Below are positions 44,156 through 58,520 of a DNA stretch of 64,000 nt, piece by piece; the stretch's first letter is position 1, and each line of letters begins with the position of its first letter. Source of the stretch: the human T2T-CHM13v2.0 reference genome, Homo sapiens; the NCBI RefSeq assembly GCF_009914755.1, contig NC_060930.1; one strand, 5' to 3'. The position numbers and the translations under genes were made by a program. The notes beneath the pieces are model-generated. The model worked only from the letters and a program-made list of their open reading frames with translations, was not told where the DNA came from and did not search any database.

Positions 44156-46459
44156 CAGAAAACATTTAGCATATGTATACTGTCTTGTTTGAGGAAACAG
44201 TATCATGTTATGTGAAAGAGATTTTTTTTAAAACTCCATTAAAAATGTGTAAAAAAGAAGTTAGCATTAGTGATTAAAGTGCATTAGTTCCAATTATTCA
44301 AAAACTTTTACGTATGTATAATAATTTTTTAAAACAGTGAGCAATTTAGAAGCCGCCACTGCATTTCAACCAGAATTTAAAAGAGATTTTATTACTTTAA
44401 GTGTAAAAGTATATATTACTAATGCCTACTCAAGTACTTAATATAAAATATAACATGTTTTATTTTTAAAAATTAGGCTATTGTATCTAGTTAGATATGT
44501 ACTCTATCAATCCCAATTCCCTCAGGAATTTGAACAAAATAGCATTAGACTGAAAATGCTAACCAAGAATGCCTCTGCAGCAATAGAACGTATAAGGTGA
44601 CAATAAATTTTCTAGAAAGCTGTGCAGGTTATAAAAGAACAGTTTCATTGATTGATTCATCTGAATTTAGGTATGTTAGGTATGCAATTTTCATGATAAA
44701 ATGTTAGTGTGCAATTCAGGAACAGAAGTGGTTGCCAATTTGAAATACGTTTCTTATTGAAAAATCTACTGAACAGATGTTTGATCACCAATAAATCCTG
44801 CCATTTATATCATGTTTTTATTTTGTTTTGTTTGTGTTTATCTGAGGCAGGAGTAATAAGCCAATTGGCAGAATAAGACACTTGGGTTCTGCCCTTGGCT
44901 TTACCTTTAATTGTCTTGATGGCTCCATGCAATTGAGTGGGTTGCATTAGAGGTTTTGACTTATGACTGTTAGACACTCCCAGTCTCTGAAATAGTACTT
45001 GTTTATGAAGAATATGTTGGAAAACATGGCTAGCAGAATTATCTAGGGTGATTTCTTTCTACCAATGAATGTTCCTGATTTTCTTCCTGTCTGAATTTGC
45101 CCTTTCCCAACATAGCCATTTCTCCAATCACTTCTGCTTCTCAATTATCTAGGACAACTTCACACTTAGACTGTGATTTCTTCTCTGGGTCTTCCCACCC
45201 AATCAAACTTCAGTAATTCTCTTTGGCTCCAGTTTCCTTATAATTCACATCTCTAATTCTTTTGTCTCCTATGTATTATATTTTTTCTTTGCTTTTATTC
45301 TTAAGTACTTTTAATCCAAGTACTTAAGGGTTTGACAGATTCAGCATCGTGTTAAGGTGACACAATACTTCTACTACTACTATAGTGTATCAAATAAATG
45401 CCCTTGTAGGAAGAAATCAGTCAATTTACTTTATATTGTTTTATTCAGGTAGTTACCACTTTCAACCAATAGGTGGAGAGACCTTTACAGAGTGATTTGA
45501 AGTGTACTGAGAGCGCCACCTCTCAAAAATTCTAAGCCATGTAATTCCTGTATGTCATTAAGGAATGCTCCTATATTCAAAGGGACATAACCTATATTCA
45601 AAGGGACCTCATAGAAGGGAGGTATGCTATTTTTTCAGTTATGAATTTATTGCAGTGAGCCCTTTGGAGTTTTCAAATGTGGGAAAGAGTTCAGAACTAC
45701 AATTTACATGATAAGACAGAAAATAAGGGAACATTTGAAAAGTTACTAATCAGGGAATTGCTGAGGGAGGCCAACCCACCTACACAGGCACTGCAAGTCG
45801 GATTTTGTAAAGCCAGAGGACAGCATGAGAATAAAGGAAACAACAATAACAACAGATGGCAATTGAAAAGTGATACAGTTGAAATATGTGGGGGGGCTCT
45901 GTGTCTCATTTCAGAGTCTTTATAACTTAAACTTCATACCAATTTTTGTGAAAAATAATTATAGATCTACATTTTTTTCCCTTTCAAATTGGGTGGTAAA
46001 CATTGCAGGGCACATTTTGATATACAAGAGTCAACTAGTAATTGATACTGTTTTGGTGGAGGAAGATGAGACTCCAAGCTGCTTTTGAAGAAAGGTTCTA
46101 CCCTTTCTTGCCTTAATTTCTGTGCGCGAGTGGAAAGTTGTACATGCTTAGAAGAAGACTAAACTTTTAGATTTGCTTAATGTAGCTACAAGTCTGACAG
46201 ACTCATTCTGGGTTTCAGGACATTTGAATCTCCCTTTTTTATAGTAATTCTGTATTTCTGCCTCCTATTTAAAAGAGCAAGTTGGAACTAGCTCCTATGT
46301 GGCTTCTGTCAAAGGTGCAGTGATACTGGGAGGAAATTCTTACGCTTATATAACTTATATGACTCATATATATCCTTGGATCAAAATACATCTTACAAAG
46401 TATAACTTAATATTTTAGTGCAACATGAAACTACTTAGAATGAAATCAGTTTTGAAATC

Positions 46460-46837
46460 CAGTTTATATCAGGCTAGATTATGCTGAGATAATTTTAAAA
46501 ACCTCCCAATCTCAGACTTTAAACTACTCAGATTTTATTTCTTATTCATGCTTTATGCCCATTATGAGTCTCCAGTTTTCTGCATTATTCTAACCCTCAT
46601 ACACAGGCTAAGAAATGGGTACCATACTGAGCATGGTCATTGCACCACGACGGAAAGAAAAGAAAGCTCTAGAGGACCCACACAGGCAATTAAGTAACAC
46701 AGAGCACTCACATTTAACAACCATTAACTAAAGTATTCACATGACTGGATGACCACAGTGAGCAAAGAAGTGCTGTCATCACTCATGTCTAGAATAAGAA
46801 TTAAAAATATTCAGGGAGTAGAAATATAGCCACCACA
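46460..46837 (-). mobile_element. Old MaLR LTR (MLT1K/L-like)
   Basis: CTAGATTATGCTG..CAATCTCAG..TTTATTTCTTATTCATGC start and ..CCACCACA end. Confidence 0.55.
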
Positions 46838-47259
46838 AATCTAAATTGCTTAAAACATATATATATATATAAAATAGTAATTACATGGTCATTTAGGCCA
46901 CATTTGCTATATGCATAATACTAAGAATATTTTTTACATGAATTAGAATCTACTATATACGATACACGTGAGGATTTTATTTTAAATATCAAGAAAACTT
47001 TCAGTTTTGTTTTCCATATCCAGAGATTTATTTCCTATCTAGTGTGGTTCAGTGTATAATTGATACGGTTTCCCTTTTTGCCATGGCTGCCAGGAAACAA
47101 GATACATTTGAAACTCAATCATAGCAATTTTGTTGAGCTTTAGAATGGTAAGTTTTCTTATGTTGTTTTGCATTCCCTAGTGTATAATTTCTATTTGTAT
47201 TTTTAATATAAATATTTACTTATTCTGCTATTTGTTGTCAAAAGCGTGACATTTTTGTA

Positions 47260-48970
47260 GGAAAAAAACACAAGCAAAAACCAAACCAATCCAAATGGAA
47301 ACATAAAAGTTTTGAAAAACCCTTCTAAATAACTATGAAATAAATGAAGAAATCAAAACTAAACTCAGAAACTATTAAAAAAGGAATGATAACAAAAACA
47401 CAGCATAATACATACCAACATGTATATGAATAACAAAATTTGCAGAAGAAAATATCATGGCATTAAGTGCATAGCATAGCAATTTCCTTTAACAATTGAT
47501 TATAAATGGATAAAAATAAAGGATAGATAATAATAAAATAAAAATACGTAAATATATGAAATAATAAATGCAAAAAAACCTGGTTATTTTTTAAAGATAA
47601 ATAGATCAAATATATCTGGAAATTCTAAAAAAAAATTACAGAAAAGCAAATGAGAAACACTGACAATGAGAAAAGGCAATGGAAACAAGGAGAAATAATA
47701 TAATTAGAAGAGGATATTTAGGATAAATATTAGGCTAAACATTTGAAACAATAGATCAGATGAATCTGTGCTAGAAAAATATGTCATGATAATTTGGCTC
47801 TACAGAAACCATAATTTCTTAATCTGAATAATGTAAATGCTCTTTACTTGTCCTGAACTTCTAAAGTCAATTCTAAAGTCAATAGAATCCACCAATATCT
47901 CTAGGATTTTATTCCAAATCCCTCTCATATATTGTACAATTTTGATTTATCCCCATAAAGCATGAGAGCTATGTCAAGACTATTACCCGTCCATAGATTT
48001 GATGATATTAATACATGGGAATCTGGGGCAAAAGTAACAATTAAGTTTGTTTATTTAATCTTAATGGGTTGAGAGAAAATATAGTAATATTTATAACCAA
48101 AAATATATTAGTAGTCAGAACCACAAAAAAATGCTTCTAAAAATCAATATGAGCAAAGGGTATTAATAATTTATAAATAAATAAAGATATAAAATAAAAG
48201 ATAATTCCTAAACATACTCATAATGATGGCGTACAAATTAAAATACAGATACAGTATTCCTTATTGCTCTTCAAAATGTAAAATATTAAGTACATTGATG
48301 AGTATTTCAACTGTAAAGCTCTTATGAAAAACAAAATCTAAACATGCAGGGATTTTACTTTGTGCTTCCATTTCCAGGAATCTATACTACCAGAATAATC
48401 ACATGTGTTCAAATATGATCAGTGAAGCATTGCTTGTAATATTGAATGATTGGAAAAATCCCAAATTCATCATCAACAAATAATTGATTAAATTCATCAT
48501 GGTTCATTTACCCCTCAAATTACTAGAATCATCTGAAAATAACAAGTAGGTAGATATACATGCATTAGCACATAAAAATTTTTAAGAGAGTATAAAGAAA
48601 AAATGTCAAGTGCAATAAAACCCACATAGAATAATACATATATTTTAAAATATATAGATATACGTGAACATATATGCTTTTATACATGAAATTATGTATG
48701 TAGAAATCCATCTATCTATCTATCTACACATATATATGAAAACATATGCATGTAAATATATGGTGGCATAAATGCAAATGTATGCTTCTAAAAATATATA
48801 AAGGAAAGAAGACATCTTAAAATGTTGACAGTGGTTATTGCTGAGGAAGAAAATGAAAACAGAGACTGAGGACAGGGCAGGAAACATTTTTCTATTTATC
48901 TTTACCCTTTGGCTAAATCTTTTCAAAGCATGTTTATGTAGCTTTTATTTAACTATTAAAATAAACGTTT
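47260..48970 (+). mobile_element. Degenerate L1ME ORF2 and 3'UTR fragments
   Basis: A-rich ORF2-like tracts; TTCCATTTCCAGGAATCTAT..GCATTGCTTGTAAT..AATGTTGACAGTGGTTAT L1ME 3' motifs. Confidence 0.5.
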
Positions 48971-49043
48971 TAAAAATATATATTATTTATATATATTAAC
49001 TATCCACAACAGTTTCAATTTTATTTTTTTAAATCCATAGATC

Positions 49044-49425
<382 letters not shown>

Positions 49426-50570
49426 TCAACAATCATTTGTAAACTACATTGCTCTTTTTAATAAATAGATGAGAAACATACCTAGGCCCTGTAGCTTAAC
49501 TCATAGGTCCCAGGGAGGGTAACATTTGACTCTCTTCCCCTAAGCCTTGAGGAGTTGAGCAGATAATTCAGTGTCCCTCTTCTCACCTGTTCCACCCAGA
49601 GCTGGTCTCTCATGAGTGTGCTAGAGCCAGGCAATCATCTTTGCCACAGTCTCTCTCACATGCACCACACACCCCAGAGTAGGACTCGCAGAATGATGTC
49701 ACGCTAAGGATCATGGAGAACGTGTTTTGGGTTTGGGGATGGGGGCATTATGGTATATGTTGAAAGGAAACCCTCAAACCTGTACTCATACACCTCTAAC
49801 CCTACACCTCGACTCTTCCTTCTCATACCTGGCTGTCATTGCACCAGACCATTTTTGGCCATGAGACACCTTCCACACTTCAGGCCAGCTCACGGTAATT
49901 CACCTTGATGGAGCTTTTATTTTTCTTCTTTTTTTTTTTTTTTTTCAATTTGCCTTTTGAAGGACAAAGTCTGCTTTTTCTGCCCACACATTGACCCAAG
50001 GGTTCATTTAACTCAGGAGGGAAAGGGCTATTTTTAAGTATCTTTCTGTGTTAACTTGCTGTTACGTGTACTTCTGTTACCTGATACGTCCGTTTTGCTT
50101 TATCTGTGTCACTGTCACTTCAGCAGAAATACAGTGGCCATTTGTGTTAGGAAAAAAGGGAAACATAGCTTCTTGTATATTAAGGTTTTTCTTTATAATA
50201 TATTGCAAAAGATAAATTCCTAGGTTTATATTTTTGGGGGTTGAGTTGTGGCCAACTTTTAATTTGATAAGTAAAAGTTTAGTTCTTATTTGATATTGCA
50301 TGTTCCCTGAGAAATTCACCAAAACTGTGCCAACTTGAAAACAACATGCAAAAAGAAGGATTTTAGAGTGCTCACTCTATTAAATAAATTATAATTTGAA
50401 CATTTACCTCAATATACCAGTGTATGCAAGTAAGATTTTTTAAACTACAAATATCAGAAAGAAGTGATATAAAAATGACAAATTGTGGTGTAAAAATTCC
50501 ATGTATGTGGAACTAAATATTTCAGAATCTCATAAGTTATGACCGAATATTTGAGGTTTGGTCACTTTCT

Positions 50571-52143
50571 CATGGATCATGAATGTTCTTAATGGCATCT
50601 TGAATAGTGAATTCTTTCCAGAGTATTTTCAATTTGCTTTACCAAGATCCATCAGAGGAATCACTATCTATAGCAGCTATTGCCTTTAAAATTGTGTTTC
50701 TTAACTAATAAGACATGAAAGTCAAAATGACTCCTTGATCCATGAGCTACAGAATGGGTGTTGTATTAGCAGAATGAAAATATTAATATCTATGTACATT
50801 TCCATCAGAGCTCTCGGTTGACAGGTACGTTGTCAATGAGCAATAATATCTTGAAATAAATGATTTTTTCTCAGCGTTAAGTCTCAACAGTGAGTTTAAA
50901 ATATTCAGTAAGCCATGCGGTCAACATATGTGCTGTGATCCAGGCTTTGTTTTTCCATTTATAGAGTATAGGCAGAGTGGATTTATCATAATTCTTCAGT
51001 ATCCTGGGATTTTGTGAATGGTCAATGAACATTGGCTTCAAAGTAAAGTGACCAGCTACATTAACCCCTAACAAGAGTCATCATGTCCCTTGAAGCTTTG
51101 AAGTCAGTCATTGACTTCTCTCCAGCTATGAAAGTCCTAGATGTCATCTACTTCCAATAGAAGGCTATTTTGTCTACATTGAAAATCTGTTGTTTAGTGT
51201 AGCCATCTTCATCAATGATCTTAGCTAGAACTTCTAGATAACTTGCTGCAACTTTTCCATTAGCGTGTGATTCTTCACCTTACGCTTTATGTTATGGAGA
51301 TAGCATCTTTCCTAAAACCTCATGAAACAAATCTGCTAGCTTCTAACTTTTCTTGTACAGCTTTCTCACCTCTTAGCCTTCATAAAGTTGAAGGCAATTA
51401 GAGTGAGGGCCTTCTTTAGGTCAGATGTTGGCTTAGAAAAATTTTGTGGTTGGTTGTATTTTCTATCCAGACCACTAAATCTTTCTCCATACCACCAATA
51501 AGGTTGTTTGGTTTTCTTATTACTCATGTGTTCAAAAGAGTGGCACATTCTATTTCTTTCAACAACTTCTCCTGCATTCAAACTTGGCTATTTGGCATGA
51601 GAAGCCTTGTTTGTGACTCATCACAGTTTTTAACATGCTTTCCTTACTAAGCTTTTGTAGTTTTTGATTTAAAGTGAGAGATATGCAACTCTTCCATTCA
51701 CCTGACACTTTAGAGATCATTGTAGGTTTATTAATTGGCCTAATTTCAATATTGCTGTATCTCAGGAATGGGAAAGCCTGAGGAAAGGGAGAAGCCGTGG
51801 GAAGAACCAGTTGGTTGAGCATGAGAACACAAACATACATTGATTAAGTTCATTATTTTATATGGGCATATTTTGCAGTGCCCCCAAACAACTACAATGC
51901 TAACATCAAAGATCACTGATCACAAGTCACCCTAACAGATATAACAATAATGAAAAATTTGAAATATTTCAGGAATTACCAAAATGTGACATAACAAGTG
52001 CACACATGCTGTTAAAAAAAATGACACCGAAAGACTTGCTGGATGCAGGTTTCCACAAATCTTCAATTTGCAAAAGCAAACAAACAAAAACAAAACACTA
52101 TGAAGCAAACTAAAGTGAAGTGGAATAAAATAAGGTATGGCTG
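50571..52143 (-). mobile_element. Tigger1 DNA transposon (5' TIR to mid-transposase; 3' part missing)
   Basis: Reverse complement starts TA|CAGCCATACCTTATTTTATT; ORF 50877-51074 ([41 protein letters not shown]) is the pogo/CENP-B-like DDE domain. Confidence 0.9.
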
Positions 52144-53384
52144 TATAGCAATTAATGAAAGCATTTTCTTAAGTTAGTAATATATTACATTTAGTGGATG
52201 CTTAAAAATATTTTTATAGTAAATTCAACTTGAAGCTAGTTGTCACCTAGATTTGATTATATAGTCTGGTCAGCTCATTTTTCACTTTAAATCTATGCAT
52301 CACGTAATAGCACATTTGTATAATTTCCTTGTGACATTTACTTAGGAGTTGGGATTTCTTTTCTGTAAAGATAACTTTCATGTTAAATGGTCAGCTTATA
52401 TGCAAATATTTTAAATTTCCTCAATCAGTTCTATCTCTATAGAGCTCATAATTAATGTTCATAAGGCAGATTTAATTAAGAGGATGCCAAAGAAGTGTAC
52501 GTTGGACCTGAGTGATTTGGGAGTAGGATTGTTTTCTATGTGCATTTCAAATTTGTAATTAAGCAAAATAGCTTTGGATAGAAAAATGATTTACTGTGCT
52601 TAACCAAATACCCACATTTTTGAACAAATTGTAATTTGCATATTCTAGGTAATTTGCATTTAAGAGCCTGTGCTTTGAGTTCTGTACTACGCTATTTGAA
52701 TTCAGGTAAGCAGGCAGGCAAATAGCACAATGTATCAATTTTTGTGATTAAAAATGAGCAGCCAAACACTGTTTATAAAGTGCCCATGAACTGTTATAGT
52801 GATCTACCAAGGGTCATGCTGGCTGCTGGAGGTATAATTAGTATGCTCAAAGAAAAACCACCATGTCAGTGATAAGGATATAATAAGTGAAGGGAGGTGA
52901 AACCAAAGAAAATAATTATATTTGTGGACTTCAAAATTATTATTTTATTAGGATATAAATTAAGTCACCCCGAAGATGTAGAACTTTATTACTGTATGTG
53001 ATCAACTTTGATTATATGTAATCATAAATTGTTAGATGTAATATAATGTTTGAACTATTGAACTAGTATTTTTTTCTTTAGGTTTTAATTAAACATGATC
53101 CTAATATAGAATCAACAACCAGGGCATGAAATCACACTTTAGAACATGATCAAACAAAATATGTGCATAATTAATCAGGCAATAAACATTCAATGCAATT
53201 AATTAGTACAGGCCAAAAATAAAGTCACAGGAGAATTTTAGTATAATTTTAAGTACTTTATATTCATAAAAAATTTCAAAAATCATTTTATAGTTTTTGA
53301 AGTTAATCTTTAAGATCTTTTTTGGTTTGTGACCAAAAGTTTTGTAGTTTTACAAGAGTGAATACTTCCCCCTTTCCCCACTCC

Positions 53385-53722
53385 TTTTTTTTTTTTTTTT
53401 TTTTTTGGACACAGGGTCTCACTCTGCTGCCAAGGCTGGTGTGCAATGGGGTGATCAGGACTCACCACAGACTTGACCTTCTGGTCTCAAGTAATCCTCC
53501 CAAAACAGCCTCCTAAGTAGCTGGGACCACAGACATATGCCACCATGCTTGGCCAACTTTTATTATTTTATTTTATTTTATTTATTTATTTATTTATTTA
53601 TTGTGGAGATGGGGTCTCCCTATGTTGCCCAGGCTGGTGTTGAACTACTGGGCCTCAAACGATCCTCCTGCCTTGGGCTCCCAAAGTGTTGGGATTACAG
53701 AAATGAGCCACCATGCCCAGCC
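53385..53722 (-). mobile_element. AluJ
   Basis: CCCTATGTTGCCCAGGCTGG..GATCCTCCTGCC J-type left arm; (TTTA)n linker; TSD-like TGAATACT on both sides. Confidence 0.88.
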
Positions 53723-53850
53723 TGAATACTCTTCTGTCACTAAAAATTATGTTTAGTAATAATGCAATCATTGTGATGCTGTCTTTACCAAATCATTTTT
53801 ATTACAGGGCTCAGATGAGACATTAAAACAAAAAAAATGTTTATTTTCAC

Positions 53851-54033
53851 AGGAGGCTGTGTGGGGAGGATTGCTTGAGACCAGAAGATCAAGACTGTGG
53901 TACAACAGCCTTGGCAGTGGAGTGAGACCCTGTGTCAAAAAATAAAAAAATAAAAAAATAAAAAGGAGTTGGGGAAGGGGGAAGTATTTACTCTTATAAA
54001 ACTACAAAACTTTTGGTCACAAACCCAAAAAAA
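53851..54033 (+). repeat. Inverted copy of 53318-53514 (partial AluJ right arm, tail and unique flank)
   Basis: GGGGGAAGTATT(T)ACTCTT(A)TAAAACTACAAAACTTTTGGTCACAAACC is the reverse complement of about 53324-53372; flanked by the direct repeat TTTATTTTCA. Confidence 0.92.
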
Positions 54034-55949
54034 TTTATTTTCATTGTCAATCCCAGTGCCATATCAGCAGCTCTTTTCTCCCCTCTAGATAGCCTAGATA
54101 GCCTATTCCTCCTTTCTGCTTAAGTCTTGACTGCATTGAAGCTAGTGTGGTGTACATTATTTACCACTTAAAAGTATATTTTAAGTCACAGTGTACCTTT
54201 TTTTTATAGTGTTTTCCAAAATAAAGGGTTCATCTTAAAAACACTTAAGTAAAAATAATTTGGATGTAATTAACAATATTGTACTTTAATTTTCATTTAA
54301 AATTAAAAGTATATTTCAAAGAAAGGGTAAAATTAAGTTGAAAATTAGCCATAATGACAATAAGCTGTTCTGAGAGAAAACTAGTAAAATGTCTTGCTCA
54401 ACGTGTAATGGTGTTCACATTGCAGCTTCTATGGTGAAATTCACCTATTCAACTGACTGTATTCCTTAAGAATATACTGTCAGGAGAGACAGGCAGTTCT
54501 TTCATGAATTCACTATTCATTTAACAGCTTGTTTAGCAGTGAAAAAGACAGAAATTAATTATCACCCAATTAAATACAAAATTACAATTTAAAATAATAT
54601 GATAAAATGAATGTTTCTTCTTATATTCTGTCAGTGATTTTTGCATTCATCTTAAATAATTATTATTTTCAAAATCCCTAACATGTTAGATACTCATAAA
54701 AAGAGTTTTACCTATGAGTAACATGTTGCTTATTTTAACAGCCTTAAACATAATATTTTTCATAAATATATGTAGTACATTCTTTCATTTTAGAACAGGT
54801 TTAACTTTTTCTGTATAGATGTTTTAATATTATAAATAGTATTAACATATTTCAGGATTTCAGTACAGTTACTGCATTTGTAAATTTCAATATCGCTATT
54901 ATTTGCAAATTAATACATACCATTTGAAATTATTTTTTTCTGAACGTGATAAAGCTTCAGGAAAAGTCCTAATAATTATGTGCATGTATACATAAAAGGT
55001 CAGAGTTTAATTCTAGAATATTATTTATTTTCTTTTGTTTCATGAGAGAACAAAACTGGAGTCTTGGTAATTTAATTTTTTTCTTTTAATGTTAAATTTA
55101 GATTTTGCAATTCAGTGTGACAGTTACAAATAGCTTATTTAGAATATCACAAGATCATTGGCGATACTTGTTAACTCTAGGGAAAGATTTTAATACCTTT
55201 CATTTAATTATGATCACCATAACATTCTCTAAATATATTGGGATGCTGGATAAAGTATTTATTGGGAAAATTGATAAGTAACATTATTAAATTACATTTT
55301 AAATATTTCCTATTAAATACATACACATAATGAAATAATTTTAATCCCATTTTCATCCCTTTCTTCCATCAAACCTTCCAGCTGTTTTCATTTGTTATAC
55401 TTTCCATTTCTATCTCCAGCTGTGATTTGGAACCCATTCAGAAAGTTGAAAAATTATAATGATCTCTCATGCATTTACAGAAACAAGTGTAATTTATTAG
55501 AAAAGAAAAGTAATTTATTAGAAAAGAAAAGAATGGAATTGTCAATTTAACCAGAACTATAGCTATGAATATCACTGTGAAGAATAAAAGCTTTTGTTTC
55601 ACTCAACACAAGCTCACAATACTTTTTTTTTATGAAGAGTTTCTGTCCTCAGAAAACATTGAATAGATGAGTGCTAGCTCAAGTAAAAGGCATTTGTGAT
55701 AACTTCAGGTATAATTGTCATCTATTTTCCTGTATCTATTTTCTTCTTTTTTTTTCCATTCTTCCCCATTTATATCCCACTCTTTCTATAAAAATAGAAT
55801 TTAACCTGAACACTCGTTCAAGTACTCAAAAAAATGTGTAAATTTAGCCAGGCAATAACCTCAAAATAAAGGTATCAACTATAGAAGTGATAGGGATTTT
55901 TAAATACATTCTATGGCAATTTTAGCAGAGAAAGTAAAAAACAAAAACA

Positions 55950-57365
55950 AGAGACTATCTTGTGTGAAGTAATATTTATAATCTGATCTGAAGAACTGAA
56001 CATTCATATCACAAACTCTGGCAGTTTCTCTGACCACCTGACTTTATATTCAGCCTCTTTCAACACTTGAATAGGCATCACAAAATTAATACATCCCGAA
56101 ACGATTTCCCAATACTCTTTTCAAAAAGAACCTATTTCTTTCACAATATTTTACATCGTAGTAAATGACAACATTGTTCTTACAGGTGCTCAGGCTCTTT
56201 CTTTCACACTCCCCATGTAATTTATCAGTAAATACTATAAATGCTCTCTTCAAAATATATCCAACACCTATTACTTCTCACTACTCCATCACTACCATGC
56301 AGTTTCACATTGTTCTCCATCTCCTCTATAATTTCTTCCCAACTAATCTCTGTGATTCTCTCCTAGCCTCATCTAGCAGCTATAGGGCCCTTTAGAAACA
56401 TAAGACAATTGACAATATTTCATTTTTCCTTTTTGTGACAACATTAAGTGAAATGGCCCAGGCATAGAAAGACAAATACTGTTATGTCCTCACCCATATG
56501 TGGAATCTAAAAGGTTTCATGCCATAGAAACAGAGTAGAATGGTGGTTACCAGAGGCTGGGGTAGTTAGGATAGGTGGGGGAAGGGGAGATGTTGGTCAC
56601 AGGATATGTAATTGTAGTTAAGCAGGAGGAATAAGTTCAATAAATCTATCATACAGCATGGTGACTATAGTTAATGACAATACTATATTCTCAAGAAATG
56701 CAAAGATAATGGATGTTAATTAAGTCTTCTCACCCTAAAATTGGTAACTATTTGTTAATTAGCTAGATTTTACTGTTCCACAATGTAGGTATACTTCAAA
56801 ACGTCACGTTGTACATGATACATACATACAATTTCATCTGTTAATTTGATAAATATATAAACAGGCGGATCATGTAATTCATTTTCACAAACCCACCAGA
56901 GCTCCCAGTTCATTCAGAGACAAGATCTTCTAATGGTTAATGATATCCTACATGGTCACTCTGAACTCAACTTTTTGACATTCTCCTCCTCATCCATTTT
57001 TTTCCTACCACAGCAACCTCTCAATTCTTACAACTCACCCAAGCAATATTTCTGTTATGAGCCTTTCCAGCAGATCTTTTCAATGCCTGAAGCTTCTTCC
57101 CTCACACCTCCCTATGACATACTGCCTTGCTTCTTTCAACTCTCTGCCCAAATCTCAGTCCCTCAGTAGACCTTTCCTAACTTTATTTAGCACCCCACAC
57201 ATATTTTCTCTTGCTTTCCCTTCCTGATTTTTTCCCTATATTTTCATCCCAATATGAAAATTCCATGAGGGAAGGAATTTTTCTATTTTATTCACTGCTG
57301 TATGTACTGTTCTTGGAAAATGTCTAATCATGCAAGTGTTCAGTAAATACATATTGAATAAATGA
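55950..57365 (+). mobile_element. L2 remnant split by an L1MA insertion
   Basis: AATAGGCATCACAAAATTAATAC and TTCAAAATATATCC motifs; 3' end TTCCATGAGGGAAGG..TTCAGTAAATACATATTGAATAAATGAA. Confidence 0.65.
56430..56850 (+). mobile_element. L1MA5/6-type 3'UTR
   Basis: AGAGTAGAATGGTGGTTACCAGAGGCTGGG..GGAGGAATAAGTTCAA..CAGCATGGTGACTATAGTTAAT. Confidence 0.78.
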
Positions 57366-58229
57366 AAATGTTTATATTTTAAATGACATAAAGGTAACTT
57401 TAAAGAAAATAATCAAAGAAAAGTAAGAGTTTTCATTACACTGTTTTACCTTCCTATTATTTTCACAGTAATTAACTATAGAGTATTACTTATAAATGCA
57501 TTTGTTGCTCTGAGATTTTTATGTCATCTTGACAGCAAGATAGATACTATGAAAATAGAGGAAGGAAAGAAGTTGGGCTTAACCAATGTAAAGAAATCTA
57601 ATGATAAATATAGTATAAATGAATTTTAAATGTAAAGGATATCATATTAAAAATATAACATGTATGCCTTAACCACACTCTAAGAAAGATAATGAACTGA
57701 AATCACCTGTGATTAACTACATGACATTTTAGGGATCTATTTTTTTCTGTAGTCAGTCTTTTTATTTTTCAATATTGAATACAAACCAACATATTTAAGG
57801 TCCAAAAGAGATTTGTTATTGCTTATTTTTCCTCTGCATGTCTCTATTTAGTAATTTCCCTGTGAGAATTTAAGTATTGTAAACGTATTTTGAAGTAAGC
57901 TTTCAACCATATATATGTCAACTTTGCATTGTTGATCATTTGGAAGATTTTTAAAGAGTGGCAGAAATTATAGTTACAGATAGTCTAACTCAAAGTGAGA
58001 AGAAAAGAGTAATTTTTTTATTTTTTAAATAAAGATACTAAAAAGAACCAAGAAAGTAAAATTTAAAGTATAATGGCACATATGATATACTATTTTATAT
58101 ATCCTATACTGTGATGAGACTTTCTATTCAACAAATTTACTTTAGGCTTTTCTAGGAAGTATTTTTCTGTCTATTCCCATGACGAAAATTTCATCAGATT
58201 TCCTTAGGGATTTGAATTCTTAATTGGAG

Positions 58230-58520
58230 AATTCCATATGAAGTGATACGGAAAGATCTCCAGATTATTTAAAAAACAAGCAAGCAAACAACAACAAAAA
58301 ACCTTCACAACAGTGTGTACAGGATGCAATATTTTATGTAAGAAAAAGAAACTTAAGACTATGTATTTGTATATCACTTGCATGAAGACACTAGAAGGAT
58401 ACTCAAAAATAACAAAAGTGACTTGCTGTTTGAAAAGGGATTAAAGTTTATGGGAGCAGAGGCCAAGACAAATGTACCAGTGGATAATTTCTATACCATT
58501 TACCTTTTAAAACATATGAA
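58230..58520 (+). mobile_element. L1ME 3'UTR fragment
   Basis: GGAAAGATCTCCAGA..AACAGTGTGTAC..CTAGAAGGATAC motifs. Confidence 0.45.

Noticed and set aside
49820-50085. Possible minus-strand exons (donor-like CAG|GTATGA at about 49829 and CAG|GTAACA at about 50079)
   Set aside because: Acceptors are weak, there is no coherent ORF, and such motifs are common by chance; transcript evidence is needed.
50877-51074. Domesticated TIGD/CENP-B-like gene
   Set aside because: It is a short frame within a fragmented Tigger1 that retains its TIR and has many disruptions.
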